Below are positions 48,920 through 61,495 of a stretch of DNA of 64,000 bases, in pieces (positions within the stretch are counted from its first letter, which is position 1; each line of letters begins with the position of its first letter). Made by a program: the position numbers and the translations under genes. This DNA comes from Lytechinus pictus (Eukaryota): assembly GCF_037042905.1 (NCBI RefSeq), contig NC_087252.1:13704001-13768000 (forward strand), read 5' to 3'. The notes under the pieces were generated by a model. That model did no database searches. It was not told the DNA's origin and was given only the letters and a program-made list of their open reading frames with translations.

Positions 48920-50938
48920 GTATGTATATTATTACCTAATTATATTCTTTCATAGATGACTTGCTTGGATATTTAATAACACGCAACAGGAGAATAAGTT
49001 AGAAATTAATTAAAAAATCAAAATGACAAGCAAAACGTGGTTCTTTTTGACATGTTTAAGGTCGTAGCCGTTTTTTAATGAAGACTAAATCGATAATAAA
49101 ACAATCAATCAGTAAATAAAAAATTAACTGTCCGGTAAAACAGGTAATCATCACAACCTAGTAAAATCTGTTATTCCTATTGGGTTTGCGTAGGGACTTC
49201 TCTGTAGGAAAAGCTATCATGATTATTGAATCTTCCACATTTATTTATCAGCTAAATAATTTGTGATAAAGTTAAAGTTAATACTGGTGCGAACATTCCC
49301 AATGACTGACCACTACATGCTTTGACTGAATAACCCAAGGGAATATCGTATATTTTTTAACAGAACCACCACAAACAGCTTAATGCATCGAAGTACATTG
49401 ATTTTATATAAAAAATTGCGATTTTTCAGAAATAATGGGTGCCTCTCGTGTAACATTTCCTATAGACTTGTAAATTAGAATGACGCTTAAAAAACCAATG
49501 AAACATAAGGGTGAAATTAGAGGGTCGAATATCCACGATCAGTTGATACGGTATATATCTGACTTTCCATACCTGACCATAAAAGGGTACCTCGACTGGC
49601 TTATTTCAAAAATAAATCGGCATCTCCTGACGTACGTGATCAGATACATGACCTTAAAATCGTAAAATAGCCCTAATTCTTGGGCCAGTCAAATAGTTCC
49701 TTAGTCAAGAGTTGCTTCTTCCCATTTGGGAAAAGCACCGTCATTAATTACCGTTTCTTGAACCAGAGTTAAATTATTAGAATTATGCGTACACTTCTGT
49801 CACTCAGCTGTATTAAATCAAATATATGGGGAATGGGTTGGGTCAAATGAATATAATTTGCATTCTTATTGAAATTAGGAATTTTACTTGCAGGGATCTC
49901 TATAACATTTGAACTCCGTAATCAGATAAATGTCTCTCCTTAATGAAAAATAGTCTGGACTTTTTGCATTTACTACAGGGAAACTCTCTACAACGCATCG
50001 ATTGTTTTGAAAATGCAAATGAAATCACTATAGAGAGCTGAGAGTTTTTTGTCGAAAGTTGGTGGACTGGGACAGCAGATCGCCCGAAGATTTGCACCGG
50101 ACGAACAATTTCAAATATATCGTTGTCCAGAGTCAAGAGATTCCGGTCCACCAACTTTCTACAAAAGCCTCTCATTGTGAAATGACTTGCCTTTTAATTG
50201 GTGTGTATACAGATGTTCTCCAAAGTAAATGCGAAAATTTCGGACCATGAGAGGAGGAAAACAATTGAACGAAATAAGGAGCGGGGAATAATTGGAAAGT
50301 AAAAAGCCTCCGGGTCACTATATTATATTAATAAAGTACATTAGTATTAAAAGCGTACGCAATAAAATATCAAGACCGTCGCTCTATCCACCTAAGTCAT
50401 GAAGGTGTAGATTTTCGCTGTGCACACTCCATAACCATAGTCTGTCTACGAGTGTGATCGTAATATTGTGGCCATCCCAAATCCAGCAATAAGTCACCCA
50501 AACTGTTTTTCCTTTCTTTAGCTTACAAAGGCACATCCTAACCTAAAATGATGTGCAACTTGTCAATAATTGTTCAACAAAAACCCACACATACATTTGA
50601 TCAAATGTGGAAGAAATTCAGTTGAGCTTGAAAATCAAGCAGAAAACATTAATTGAAGTTTTGGGTTTGCTCGATCAAGTATGAGATATGCTCACCTCAG
50701 CAAAATTTGCAAGTTGTCTACAAAAAAGGGGTCAAAGAAACTGTTGTGTCTTTGAGAAAGGCTTATTTTCTCATTTTTTATTTTCGAAGACCTTATTCTT
50801 ATTTTGGCTATATTTACAGGGATTTACAGAGAACCTTCCCCGGTGACTTTTTTGTTGATTTGGGGGTTACTGGTCACATAGTTGTTATCATGATGATTAT
50901 TGCTATTATTATTATTATAATCATTATTATTATTTCAG

Positions 50939-50989
50939 GGAAAGGGGATTTGGAATCGTCGCCTTTGCGCCCGATGCAAGATATCAAAG
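50939..50989 (+). CDS. Receptor exon 5: short cytoplasmic linker
   Basis: tttcag| and |gtaagt, 51 nt, phase 1-1: GKGDLESSPLRPMQDIK. Confidence 0.7.
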
Positions 50990-53098
50990 GTAAGTCTATC
51001 CAATGCATATATCTTAATCCATATTTCAGCCTTTTCAAACAAAATCATTTAATCGAACACTATTTTTGCTTCCCTTCGCTTATCTGTCTGTCTGTCTTTC
51101 TCACTCTTCCTCCCTATCTCTCATTTTCTCGCTGTGAATAAAACCTACATGATAGAAAAATTCCACGCAACGAACCGGCTGGTTCTAAACAGATTCGCAG
51201 CTGACAATCGTCTATATACATTTGTATTTGCAAAAATTATCATAATTCTGAGGTTGCAAGCGATGATATTCTGTTAGCAGCCATTTTCTCTCAGGAGAAA
51301 CACTCTCCGGGTTCAAGTTTTTAGAACCAGACCGTCATGACACCATGGCAACTGAGGTCATCGCTTTGGTACTCTATAATCCGATGATTACCACGTTTGG
51401 ATATTTCCTTATCCCCAACTTTTTAAGAAAAATTTCGGACTTTTTAGTAACTCGTTCTCAATCCATGAGCTATATTGGTGATATTCTCATTGTGGTTAAT
51501 TCACTATTATGTCAAAATATTCAGTATTAAAGGGGAAAGAACTGACCGACACTAACTTTGTTTGGTCTCTTATGACTGTGTTTTAGGAATAACTAGTCCA
51601 CAAAATGTACATTTTGAGATAACTTTGATAATAGGACTACATAGAATGAATTACCCTACAATTTTATTCAGAGAAACTGACATGTTTCGTTCCGTGGTTT
51701 GAATGTATTTAGTGTGGATTCGTATGGTATAATTCAAGCAAGCCTATATCTCAAGACGACACATCAACGAATGTTGCATTTTGCTGGCCAGATGTGAGTC
51801 GTTGAGGAATTGAGGTGGCGCTATATTAAGACTGCTAGTTCGTTGCTGCTTTGTAACAGTGCGTACCAGTCATGGCCCAGTGAAGGGGGGGGGGGGGGAT
51901 CTGGATCACCCCAAAATTTTTCCATGGGGGTGCTGCGTGTATTCTCCATAGGCAACACCCCGAGGTATTCTTGAAGATATATAAATAATTGATAAATGTA
52001 ACCAAAATGACCTTCAATTTGTAGTAAAACCTTTTTTTTCTTTCTTTTCCAATGATCCTGGACCAATTTGACCACAATGTTTTAATGAAAACCTTTCTCT
52101 TTTTTGTTCTGCTTTTCAAATTTTTGCATCAGCACCCCCTGTAAAAAAAATCTTTCACAGGGCCTTGGTACCAGTGTAGAAATGTGTTTCAATTTATCCA
52201 CAGTGGAATGACTATGTGAGCTCACTGTGTAAAAATATTGTCACAGTGTTTTCACTATGTGTTCTTTCAAGCAGGAAGATTTTTTCATTAAGCAGTCCTT
52301 CAGTTGTATTCTATTATCATTATTGTTATATATAAGAAGAATTGCAGGAGCAATTACATTCATTTATTTAGTTATTTTCTCTTTAAGGATATTCATAGCA
52401 TAGAATGATTAAGAACATTCCAGAATGTCTGACTAAAGCGTTGTTAGACATGAGTAATCTTTGAATAATCTCTATTATTTGTGGAATGTGGACAATAGAC
52501 TAGTAGCAGTGAAAAGAACAATAGGCTTAGCTATTTTGTTGACATTGTTAATTTCACTGAGGTCATTCAAGAGGCTTCTAAAATAAGACTGCTCAGGTAA
52601 TTGGCAGAATGTTTTTTTATTGTAGACATACTAGAAGATTCCAGAATAGTGAATGCTAGAAGCTTCCAGAATAGTGAATAATTCATATATAAGCTGGCAG
52701 TTTCTTCAATGAGATCATCACATCACATTAGATCAGATCAGAACTCAGAGTTTCACGCCAGACTTTATGTCAGAGCAGAGTTTATTTCCACCTGGAATAT
52801 TTATCTTCTGTGGAATTATTTGCACGCCATCAATGAACTGTTTGCAGTTACTTCAAGAGAGGAATTCTCAGTGCTCATCGAGATCAACAACCTGTTTTAA
52901 TGAACGCTTTTCAACCCATGGATTGCTGAAATTGATTGTTAGTCATCATCAACATCGTCTTCACGGACATTTAAACTCGTTACAGTGACTCTTGTTTAAT
53001 ATTCATCGTGCTTCAACATCAGTTTCATCAACGCCATCATTGTGAACTTTGATTTACGGAATCTTCGCCAACCAACTTGGATTTTTATTTGGATATAG

Positions 53099-54349
53099 TG
53101 TCACAGTGGATTTAGAATTGCATTTACTTGTGCGTATCTTAAAATGATACATATTAACAGAGATGTAAAATACAGAATGTAAGAACGTGCTTTTTGTGCC
53201 ATTGGTGGTGAATTGTGATAAATGATAGAGAAAGATGATTAAATGAGATTACTGATGAAATTGAGGATTAATTTTCTAATGTGAAAGAGGTCCTTATAGG
53301 CCAGAGGTCATTGAAATGTCTGTGAGTCGATTTGCTGAAAGAGGTTTAATTTCTTAGTGTGAAAGGGTCTAGTCTATAGAATCTTTAATGCAAGAGTTAA
53401 TTGAACTGCATGCCTTATTTTATTCAGCCCAGGATAGGCTTCTGTGTTTAAGAATTTTCAGGTGCAAATATGCAAATTAACTTTGGACATGTTCCTTGTA
53501 GTGGACATGTAGAAAGATACATTTGGGGCAGACACACCCAGCCAGTTAGAGAAGGAGGACATGCAAAGCCTGGGCATGGATCCTCAGGAGATTTTGTTCA
53601 ATTAATTTATTCAGTATTTTCTGGTTTAGTCGTCTAATTCTCCAAGTTTGAGAACAGGAGACAACCTGTTTTGACAGGGTATTTCATCAATTCTATATAC
53701 ACGTAGTTAGTTCGGCACCGATGGCACGTAGTCTGGGGCAGGATGCACCCCTTCCCATCCTTAACTTCGACGTACATGACTGAGACGCCGATGGAGTGCT
53801 GTTTAGCGAGGTGGGCGACAGCAGGACTCCGACTTTGTCGATTTAAAGCGTTGACTCTTCTTCGTAGTATGAACTATTTATCAAAGACTGGTGACGTATG
53901 GAATTGAGACAATGAGCGTGATTGGATTTTGAGAACAATTATAGGCGCATATTTTCAGTTAATTATCGTAGAGCGAGTGCGTCTACTTTAGCACATAAGG
54001 CAATGGTTCAGAATGATGTGTTCAATAATGTTAAAAGGTATTTGGATATTAAGTAAATGTGTTAGTATTTGATTAGGAGTAGATTTAGAGAGGTCATGAT
54101 CAGGTCAATGCGGGATCTGTTTTGTGGAGAGCCTTAGTGGCAGTTATACAGTTATGCAGTGTGGAAATTGTTGGAAGAATATTGTTATTTGAGTCTTAGT
54201 GGCAGTTACGGTTTTGTAGCTTGGAAATTGTTTGAAGAATATTGTTATTTGGAGAGAGATAAAGCATAGCATGCTTTAATAATAAAGAATATGATTTAAA
54301 GGCATGACTGATGTGAGTATTGTGTTTATTTGGTTGTTCCCATGTGACA
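53099..54349. mobile_element. Solo LTR of a different family inserted in the 5' LTR
   Basis: TGTCACA...TGTGACA ends; 5-bp TSD TATAG at 53094-53098 and 54350-54354; absent from the other two LTR copies. Confidence 0.85.
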
Positions 54350-54682
54350 TATAGTATCATCACTTTGGATTGCACATCTGTCACTTCAAGAGATGTACAT
54401 GTAAGATCAATATTTATTTATGTTTTGTCAGTTTATGATTGTTATATTTCCTGTAATAAAAAAAAAGGAAGTCAAATTTTAATCTAAATTTATTCATTGT
54501 TATTTGTTGCAGTATCGTAACAAATAATTTTGGGGGCTTGTCTGGGAGACGAAAGCCAATCTGAGACAAAAGTCAGTTTGAAACAAAAGCCAATTTGAAT
54601 TGAAAACATTTTGGAATTTTTTGGAAAGTTCTAGAATATACTGTACTGTGTATTACTTGCTTGTATTTCTGTATATTCCACC

Positions 54683-57600
54683 ATGGCTACATTTGATGTT
54701 GAAGAATTTCTTGCAATGACAGAATTGTCATATGATCATTTGAAATCACTGAAAAAAGATGATTTGATAACAGTTTGTTGTCATTTGGATGTATCTCTAG
54801 CCCCAAGTTTAAAGAAGGCAGAGATAATTGACTTGTTAGCTAGTCACATGAAGCTTACAGAGGAGTCTGAAGCTTCTGTCATTGTATCAGACGATGCTTG
54901 GATTCAACTGGCAAAGTTTGAAATGGAAATGAAAATGAAAGAGAAGGTTGAAAAGGAAAGAATCAAAGAAAACCTTGAAAAGGAGGAAATAAAAATGAGA
55001 GAAAACATCGAAATGGAGAAAATGAGATTGGAGTACCAGTTAAAGTTGAAAGAAATGGAGCTAGCTCATGCAAATACTAACTCTGCTAAAGATAAATCTC
55101 CCCAAGGCTTTGATGTGGCGAGGAACATTCGCCTTGTGCCAAACTTTGATGAAGAGGGAGTTGATACATATTTTGTGTCATTTGAAAAATTGGCCAAGAG
55201 ACTGAATTGGCCTGAGGAATACTGGACTCTTCTCCTCCAAAGTGTTTTTGTTGGAAAGGCTGCAAAAGTCTATTCTTCACTCTATGAAATGCAATCATGT
55301 GACTATGCTACAGTGAAAGAAACAATTCTCAATGCATATTAGTTGGTACCAGAAGCGTACAGACATAAATTTAGGAACATGCAAATACAATCAGGCCAGA
55401 CGTATGTTGAATTGGCTAGGGAACAAGAAATGATGTTCGATAAGTGGTATAGATCACTGAAAGTTGACAAAGATTTTGTTCACCTTAGGGAAGTTGTCCT
55501 AGAAGAATTCAAAAAGAGTCTTCCTTTTGGCATTAAATCTCACTTAGATGACTATAGAGTGTTACTAAAGTCAGTAAAGCAGCCAAAGTAGCTGATGAAT
55601 TTGAGGTCACACATAAGGGTAGTGGAGATAGGCCCCCTTTCAAAAATTATTTGAAAAAGAAAGGTAAAGGGTCATTTGAATCCCAGAATAAACCTGGTGA
55701 GGGAAAATATGCTAGCAAGAACAAAGACACTAACAAGAATCAGGCTAGTGGGGGCACAGAATCAACCAACAGGTCTGAGAGTCGTAGTTTGTCCTCATTG
55801 TCATAAACCGGGACATTTGAAAGAATCATGTTGGAAATTGGTTGGAATGCCAACCAAAACTAAGAAAGACATGGGTTTTGTCAAGCCAACAAGTGTTCCC
55901 TCAATGGAGTTTGTCCCATCAGAGCCAATTCGAGATGCTGAGAGTGTTTATCTGGTATTTGCTGATAAAGTCAAGCAGGTTGATGAAAACTTTAGAAGCT
56001 TTTTGTATGATGGTGAAGTATCCCCCTGTTCGACTGGTGCTGCTGGTAGGTCAGTGGTGATCCTTAGAGATACAGGGGCTGCACAGTCCCTGATGGTGCC
56101 AGGGGATTTGGCTCTTCCTCCGGAGAGTTCAGAGAATGCCGAAGTCTTAATTCAAGGTATTGGCCCAAATTTTTATGTCGGTTCCTTTGCATAAGGTCGA
56201 CTTAAGGTGTGACCTAGTTAGTGGTCCTGTGACTGTTGGTGGCGTTCCAGAATTTCACATGGAAGGTGTTGATTTCTTGTTAGAGTTGTTGCATCTCCTG
56301 TGGTTTCGGAGAAGCCGGTTGAGGTAGCTGAAACTGAATTGTTGCAGGAAGATTTTCCAGGGATTTTCCCGGATTGTGTTGTTACTAGGTCTCAGACTCG
56401 TAGAGAAAAGGATTATGCGGAATCTGCTGATGTAGAGGAGAGTACTGATGTCTGGTTAGCTGAAACCTTTATCAAGGACTTGAATGGGGATATTGTTGAA
56501 GGCTCTGTTGCTTACGATGATAGTTTGTTTAGTAAATCCTCCCTTGTACAGGCACAACAGGCAGACCCAGAATTGAAAAGCTTGTCACAGAAAGCATGTT
56601 CTGAGGCTGATAAGTGTTTTTATGTCAAAGATGACATTTTGATGAGGAAGTGGATACCTCCCCGGAGACCAGCTGATGAGCTGACGTAGTAGTTCCTCCC
56701 TGTTACAGCACAGAGATTATGAAAATGGCTCATGAGTTACCTATAGCAGGTCATGTTGGTATTCAGAAGACAGAATATAGAATTATGAGGTATTTCTATT
56801 GGCCTAAGTTTCACAAGGATGTGGTGCATTTCTGTAAGACATGTCATACATGTCAGATTATTGGTAAGGCACAGCCTTCTATCAAGCCTGCTCCATTGAT
56901 ACCCATTCCTGCATTTGATGAACCTTTTACTAGGATTCTTGTTGATTGTGTTGGACCCTTACCCAGAACAAGGTCGGGTCACAGATTTCTCCTGACGATT
57001 ATGGACTTGTCTGAACATTTTCAAGAGGCGATACCTTTGAGGAGTATCACTGCAAAGACAGTGGTACAGGCGTTAGTGCAGTTTTTCACTCGGTATGGTC
57101 TGCCTAAGGAAATTCAGTCTGACCAAGGGTCAAATTTCATATCAGGAATATTTCAGCAAGTTATGAAGGAGTTGGGAATAAAGCAGAACAAGTCCTCTGC
57201 TTATCACCCACAGTCCCAAGGAGCGTCAGAACGCTATCATCAGACCCTGAAGACCATGATTAGGGCTTATTGTGAAGACTATCCCGATGACTGGGATAAA
57301 GGGATCTCATTCCTACTGTTTGCAACTAGGGATTCCCATAATGAGTCCACAGGTTTTAGTCCATTTGAAGTGGTCTATGGTCATGAGGTTAGGGGCCCCC
57401 TAAAGCTTATCAAAGAGAGGTTTATGCTTCACGATGATGTAGACCTTCTAGACTATGTGTCAAAGTTTAGAGAAACGCTCTCAAAAGCTTGTGATGTGGC
57501 TAAGGAACACTTGAAAGTGTCGCAGGGAAAAATGAAAGCTCAAGCTGACAAAAATGCAAAAGAGCGAAGTTTCAAGCCTGGAGACAAAGTGTTAGTGTTG

Positions 57601-57753
57601 TTGCCTTTGCGAGGTGAGCCCTTGAAAGCTAGGTTTAGTAGTCCCTACTTAGTCAAAAAGAGATTGAATGATGTCAACTATGTGATCAGTACCCCTGTTT
57701 GAAGAAAGTCCCAAAGAGTTTGTCATGTAAACATGTTGAAAGAATACTTTGAG
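54683..57753 (+). pseudogene. Disrupted gag-protease-integrase polyprotein
   Basis: Gag (IRLVPNFDE..FEK..W..LLQS), CCHC knuckle CPHCHKPGHLKESC, protease LRDTGA, integrase HHCC + VDCVGPLP / SDQGSNF / ERYH + GPY/F-like tail; premature stops and frameshifts; no RT. Confidence 0.9.
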
Positions 57754-58031
57754 CGGAATCTTCGCCAACCAACTTGGATTTTTATTTGTATATAGTATCA
57801 TCACTTTGGATTGCACATCTGTCACTTCAAGAGATGTACATGTAAGATCAATATTTATTTATGTTTTGTCAGTTTATGATTGTTATATTTCCTGTAATAA
57901 AAAAGAAGGAAATCAAATTTAAATCTATTTTTTTCATTGTTATTTGTTGCAGTATCGTAACATTATTATTATTATTAGTAGCAGTAGTATTAGTATTACT
58001 ACTACTTATATTATTATTATTATCATCATTT

Positions 58032-58836
58032 GAAGAGTTTAGTTGCAAAAGGGGTTAGGTCCACTTTGGACCATTCCGTGAAAAACCCTGTTTTTTATTC
58101 TCACTTATTGCAATATTCTTATGAGAAACTAAATTTTCATGATGTACTACCCTATCATGTGAACACAAAATTGTGTATAAAAGAAATCTACCTGTCTTCA
58201 AAATTTAAAAAAAAAATTATCATTGTGGATCTAACCCCTTTTGCAAGTAAACTGAAATGAATCCAGTCTCTTTTGATTAAAAAGTGATTTTTCTTTGTTA
58301 CTTTCATTAACGTTTTCATTTGAATTTGAATTTGTCTTTTGTATCATCAGAGTGACTAAAAATTTAGAGGTTTAGAGACAGAAAACAATAAAATTAATGA
58401 AAAATGGACCTAACCCCTTTTGACAAATGAGTTTTTCAGAAGATTTTAGTAGTAAAAGGGGTTAGGTCCACTCCAAGAAAATCATTTGTTTCATTCTCCC
58501 ATATTGCAACATTCTTATGCGAAACTGAATTTTCATGATACCCTTCCATGAGAACATAAACTTGGGTATAAGAGAAATCTACCTGTCTTCATATGTTTTA
58601 AGATATTCTTAAAAAAAAACTATGTGTGGACCTAACCCCTTTTGCAACTAAACTGAAATGGACCTAACCCCTTTTGAAAAAAAGGGATTTTTCTTGGCCA
58701 TTTTAGTTCACTTTTTAATAGGAATTTCAACTTTTCTTTGGTATCATCTTAAAGAGCTCCTAAAAATCTATACGTAAAGACATAAAAATCAAATTTGATG
58801 AAAATGGACCTAACCCCTTTGGCAAGTGAGCTCTTC
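58032..58836 (+). mobile_element. Sola1-like non-autonomous element, copy B (uninterrupted)
   Basis: TIRs GAAGAGTTTAGTTGCAAAAGGGGTTAGGTCCA vs GAAGAGCTCACTTGCCAAAGGGGTTAGGTCCA; ATTT TSD (AWWT type). Confidence 0.8.
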
Positions 58837-58927
58837 ATTTACACATTGTTAATATTATCATTATTGTTGTTACTATTATTAGTACTATGATTATTATCGT
58901 TATATCAACTTTCAACTCTCTCCGTAG

Positions 58928-59170
58928 GGAAGGTTTCTTTTTATGAATTATGGAGCTTGATACATCACATGGACACTAAATACTCGGAAAAACTACGTGA
59001 GGTTCTCATCTACCTGAAAATCTGTCGGGCAGAAGACGAACTAACTGCAGACAATGCCTATAATTTGCTTTGCCAATGGAAGGATACAAATACATACGAT
59101 GATGAAGCTACGGTGCTGAAAAATGCATTAGTTGGACATGGACTTGAGCGATTATGGAAAAAATTGAGTG
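58928..59170 (+). CDS. Receptor exon 6: death-fold-like domain 1
   Basis: ccgtag| and |gtgag, phase 1-1; AYNLLCQWK...ATVLKNALVGHGLERL fits death-domain helices 4-6. Confidence 0.75.
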
Positions 59171-59657
59171 GTGAGATTTCGTCTTGATAGAGCTTATAAT
59201 TATGAGTTACTCCTTTAATTAATATTAAGAGGATATGAAGTAGTGAGAACATTATCCAATCAAAGTGACAGCAATCGTGGCTAGAAAATTCACATGGGTG
59301 TTATCTGATAGCCCACTACTATCATTATATGCGACCTTTATTTTTAAAGAATCTTGAATGATACAATAATCTATATGTGTTAAAAAAGATAAATTAATCA
59401 AATTGATTATTCACAAAAAAATAAAACCCTAATTAAATATCTAATTCTGTTTTTTTTTCACTAAAATTTCATATAATCAACTGAACAAAAATCGGATGAA
59501 ATACCATCTGGTAAATGTTTTCATATGCATAATATTTCTGCAGCATGGCAAATTGTTGTTGTTTTATAAGTTGAAAACTTTATTTTGTCAAGTAAGATGA
59601 ATATGAATAGTGCATTACTAGAGTCATATAGATCTGATGGCGATTCTTTTTTTTCAG

Positions 59658-59939
59658 ATGAGAGATATGAAGCAACGGAAGTTCCTGACAAAACATTGAA
59701 TCGTATTTTGTGGAACATCGGTGGTGAAAAACAAATTCGAAGTTTCTCTCGTGAACTTCTACGCGACACGCAGGAGCCTCAATTGGAATGGTTTAGAAAT
59801 GATAGTGATGTAATAAAGGATGCTACGAATTTCTTGAGGCAATGGTGTGACAAAGAACACAAAGAAAACCAAATAGTCCAACTAAGTTTAGCTCTAGAAA
59901 GAGCCAAATTTAAGTCATTAGACAGACAATTTTTCGAAG
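59658..59939 (+). CDS. Receptor exon 7: death-fold-like domain 2
   Basis: ttttcag| and |gtgagt, phase 1-1; ATNFLRQWC...QLSLALERAKFKSL fits death-domain helices 4-6; the strong donor implies more exons downstream. Confidence 0.75.
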
Positions 59940-60097
59940 GTGAGTTAAAAAAAGACATCTTTTTCTTCTAATGAACTGCTGATAGATGAAAGCTAAAGCA
60001 ACAAATTCACAACGGCGAATATATACATACAGCAAAAACACACACATCTAAATATTATATATATATGTATTTATATGCACACACACACACATATATA

Positions 60098-61082
60098 CAG
60101 TGCGTATCAAAAAAAAGTTTACACTTAGAAAAAATCCTGTAAAATTATACATTTGTAATATCCTGAAGATTTTTCCACATTTTAACATTGGTACAGATCT
60201 ATTTAAGCAAATGACGATATAACTGTCGAAAAATATTTCCGCTTGAGTGAGCACCACTTACTTTAGAAAAGTTAGTGAAAAATGATTTGCGCAGAACTTT
60301 GAAATAGTTATGCAAATAAAAGTAGACCTTACTCATGAAGAACATGTAAAATCTAGCTAGTAAAATTGATTTGAAGATATCTTTCACCTTTTTTAACTTG
60401 TTTCCTCGCTCAAAACACTTCGAAGAGTGCATTGTGCCCCACCCCGCTCCCCACACACCGAGGCCATTGTGACGATATTTGCTTTACACAGAGCTGTGAT
60501 TTACATGAAATGGCTTAGGCTTGATTTTCATTTTGTTAATCATTGTCAAGCTTGAGAAAAGTGTGGAGAAACAAGTATTGAATTAAAAATGAAATGTAAA
60601 CCCACTTTAAATTATATGAACTTAGTGAAAAATGCTGGAGATGTCTGATATAAACTTTTGTTCAGATTCAGTTATGCCCTCAGATCCAGCTGGCACAAAA
60701 AAGGGTAAAGGTTGTGCTTACTGGGTGTTGAAATTTCAATTTGGGTGGCCAAATTGTTACAAAATGCTTGAATGTATCCGTTTTATTTCAATTGACTAAA
60801 AGTGCAAGGGAAATGTATGAGAAATGTTTCGCAGGGTAAGTTTGATTTCGCCCTTTTCCCCTGACACAGCGTAAAAACAAGCATTTCTGCGCAAACAGAT
60901 TTCTGCGAGTTTTACAAAAATGGACAGTGCTCACTCAAGTGTAGCATTCTGTCAAAACTTTTACTTTCATTGGATAGATGAGACCCAAACCCAAGATTAT
61001 ATATGTAAAAATTACACACATGTTCTGGACATTTTAATTCCCAGGGCTTTTTCAAAGTGTAAATTTTTGTTTTATACGCACT

Positions 61083-61083
<1 letters not shown>
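60098..61083. mobile_element. Tc1/mariner-type non-autonomous element
   Basis: TA-CAGTGCGTATCAAAAAAAAGTTTACACTT...AAGTGTAAATTTTTGTTTTTATACGCACTG-TA. Confidence 0.8.
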
Positions 61084-61115
<32 letters not shown>

Positions 61116-61179
61116 AATGTGTGAAGTTATACATGTACAACAGCCTTGGCAACTCTTTTATTTAAATACTGTGTGAAAA

Positions 61180-61495
61180 AAATGGATGAAGAGAACAATG
61201 GGAGGCGTAGCTTAAATCAAGGTTCCCCAGAGCTATCTACCCTTTGGAAAAATTGGTGATGCCGAAAAAATGTCTCTGCCGGGAATCGAACCCGGTCAAT
61301 CGGACCGTCAATCTGACGGTCAATCGGATCGGGGTCGCCCTAGCCACTAACCGGCACCGACGTTCAAAGCTGGGGGCCCGGGTTCGATTCCCGGCAGAGA
61401 CATTTTTTCGGCATCACCAATCTTTCCGAAGGGTAGATATAGCTCTGGGGAACCTTGATTTAAGCTACGCCTACCATTGTTCTCTTCATCCATTT
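61180..61495. mobile_element. Palindromic tRNA-derived element in a (TA)n-rich tract
   Basis: ~116-bp near-perfect inverted arms (61180-61295 / 61378-61495), each with a tRNA T-arm/B box GGTTCGATTCCC. Confidence 0.75.
61334..61402 (+). pseudogene. tRNA-like cloverleaf (UCA anticodon, defective acceptor stem)
   Basis: gtcgccc-ta-GCCactaaccGGC-a-ccgac[gtTCAaa]gctgg-gggc-CCGGGttcgattCCCGG-cagagac-a, then TTTTTT; acceptor stem only 4/7 paired. Confidence 0.5.

Larger units (their letters stand above)
52324..57962 (+). mobile_element. Decayed Gmr1-like Ty3/Gypsy LTR retrotransposon
   Basis: 5' LTR 52324-54522 (TGTTA..TAACA); tRNA-Pro-type PBS TGGGGGCTTGTCTGGGAG at 54531-54548; gag, protease, integrase; 3' LTR remnant 57754-57962; TTAT duplicated on both flanks. 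Confidence 0.9.

Noticed and set aside
50653..51141. 162-aa ORF with an apparent TM helix
   Set aside because: The hydrophobic run is an (ATT)n microsatellite before the acceptor; only 50939-50989 looks exonic.
56200..56720. RT domain deleted between protease and integrase
   Set aside because: The spacer reads as a continuous, frameshifted linker of the Gmr1 type; the visible deletion junction is after the integrase.
59940..59971. Gene ending at the in-frame TAA at 59971
   Set aside because: A consensus G|GTGAGT donor at 59939/59940 in the same phase as all other introns makes continuation more likely, though read-through cannot be excluded.
61255..61270. Hammerhead ribozyme core (gtgatgccgaaa)
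   Set aside because: Lacks the CUGANGA consensus and a stem II.
61334..61402. Functional tRNA-Sec or suppressor tRNA gene
   Set aside because: Acceptor stem 4/7 paired, mismatch in the anticodon stem, non-canonical A box, no long variable arm; kept only as tRNA-like.
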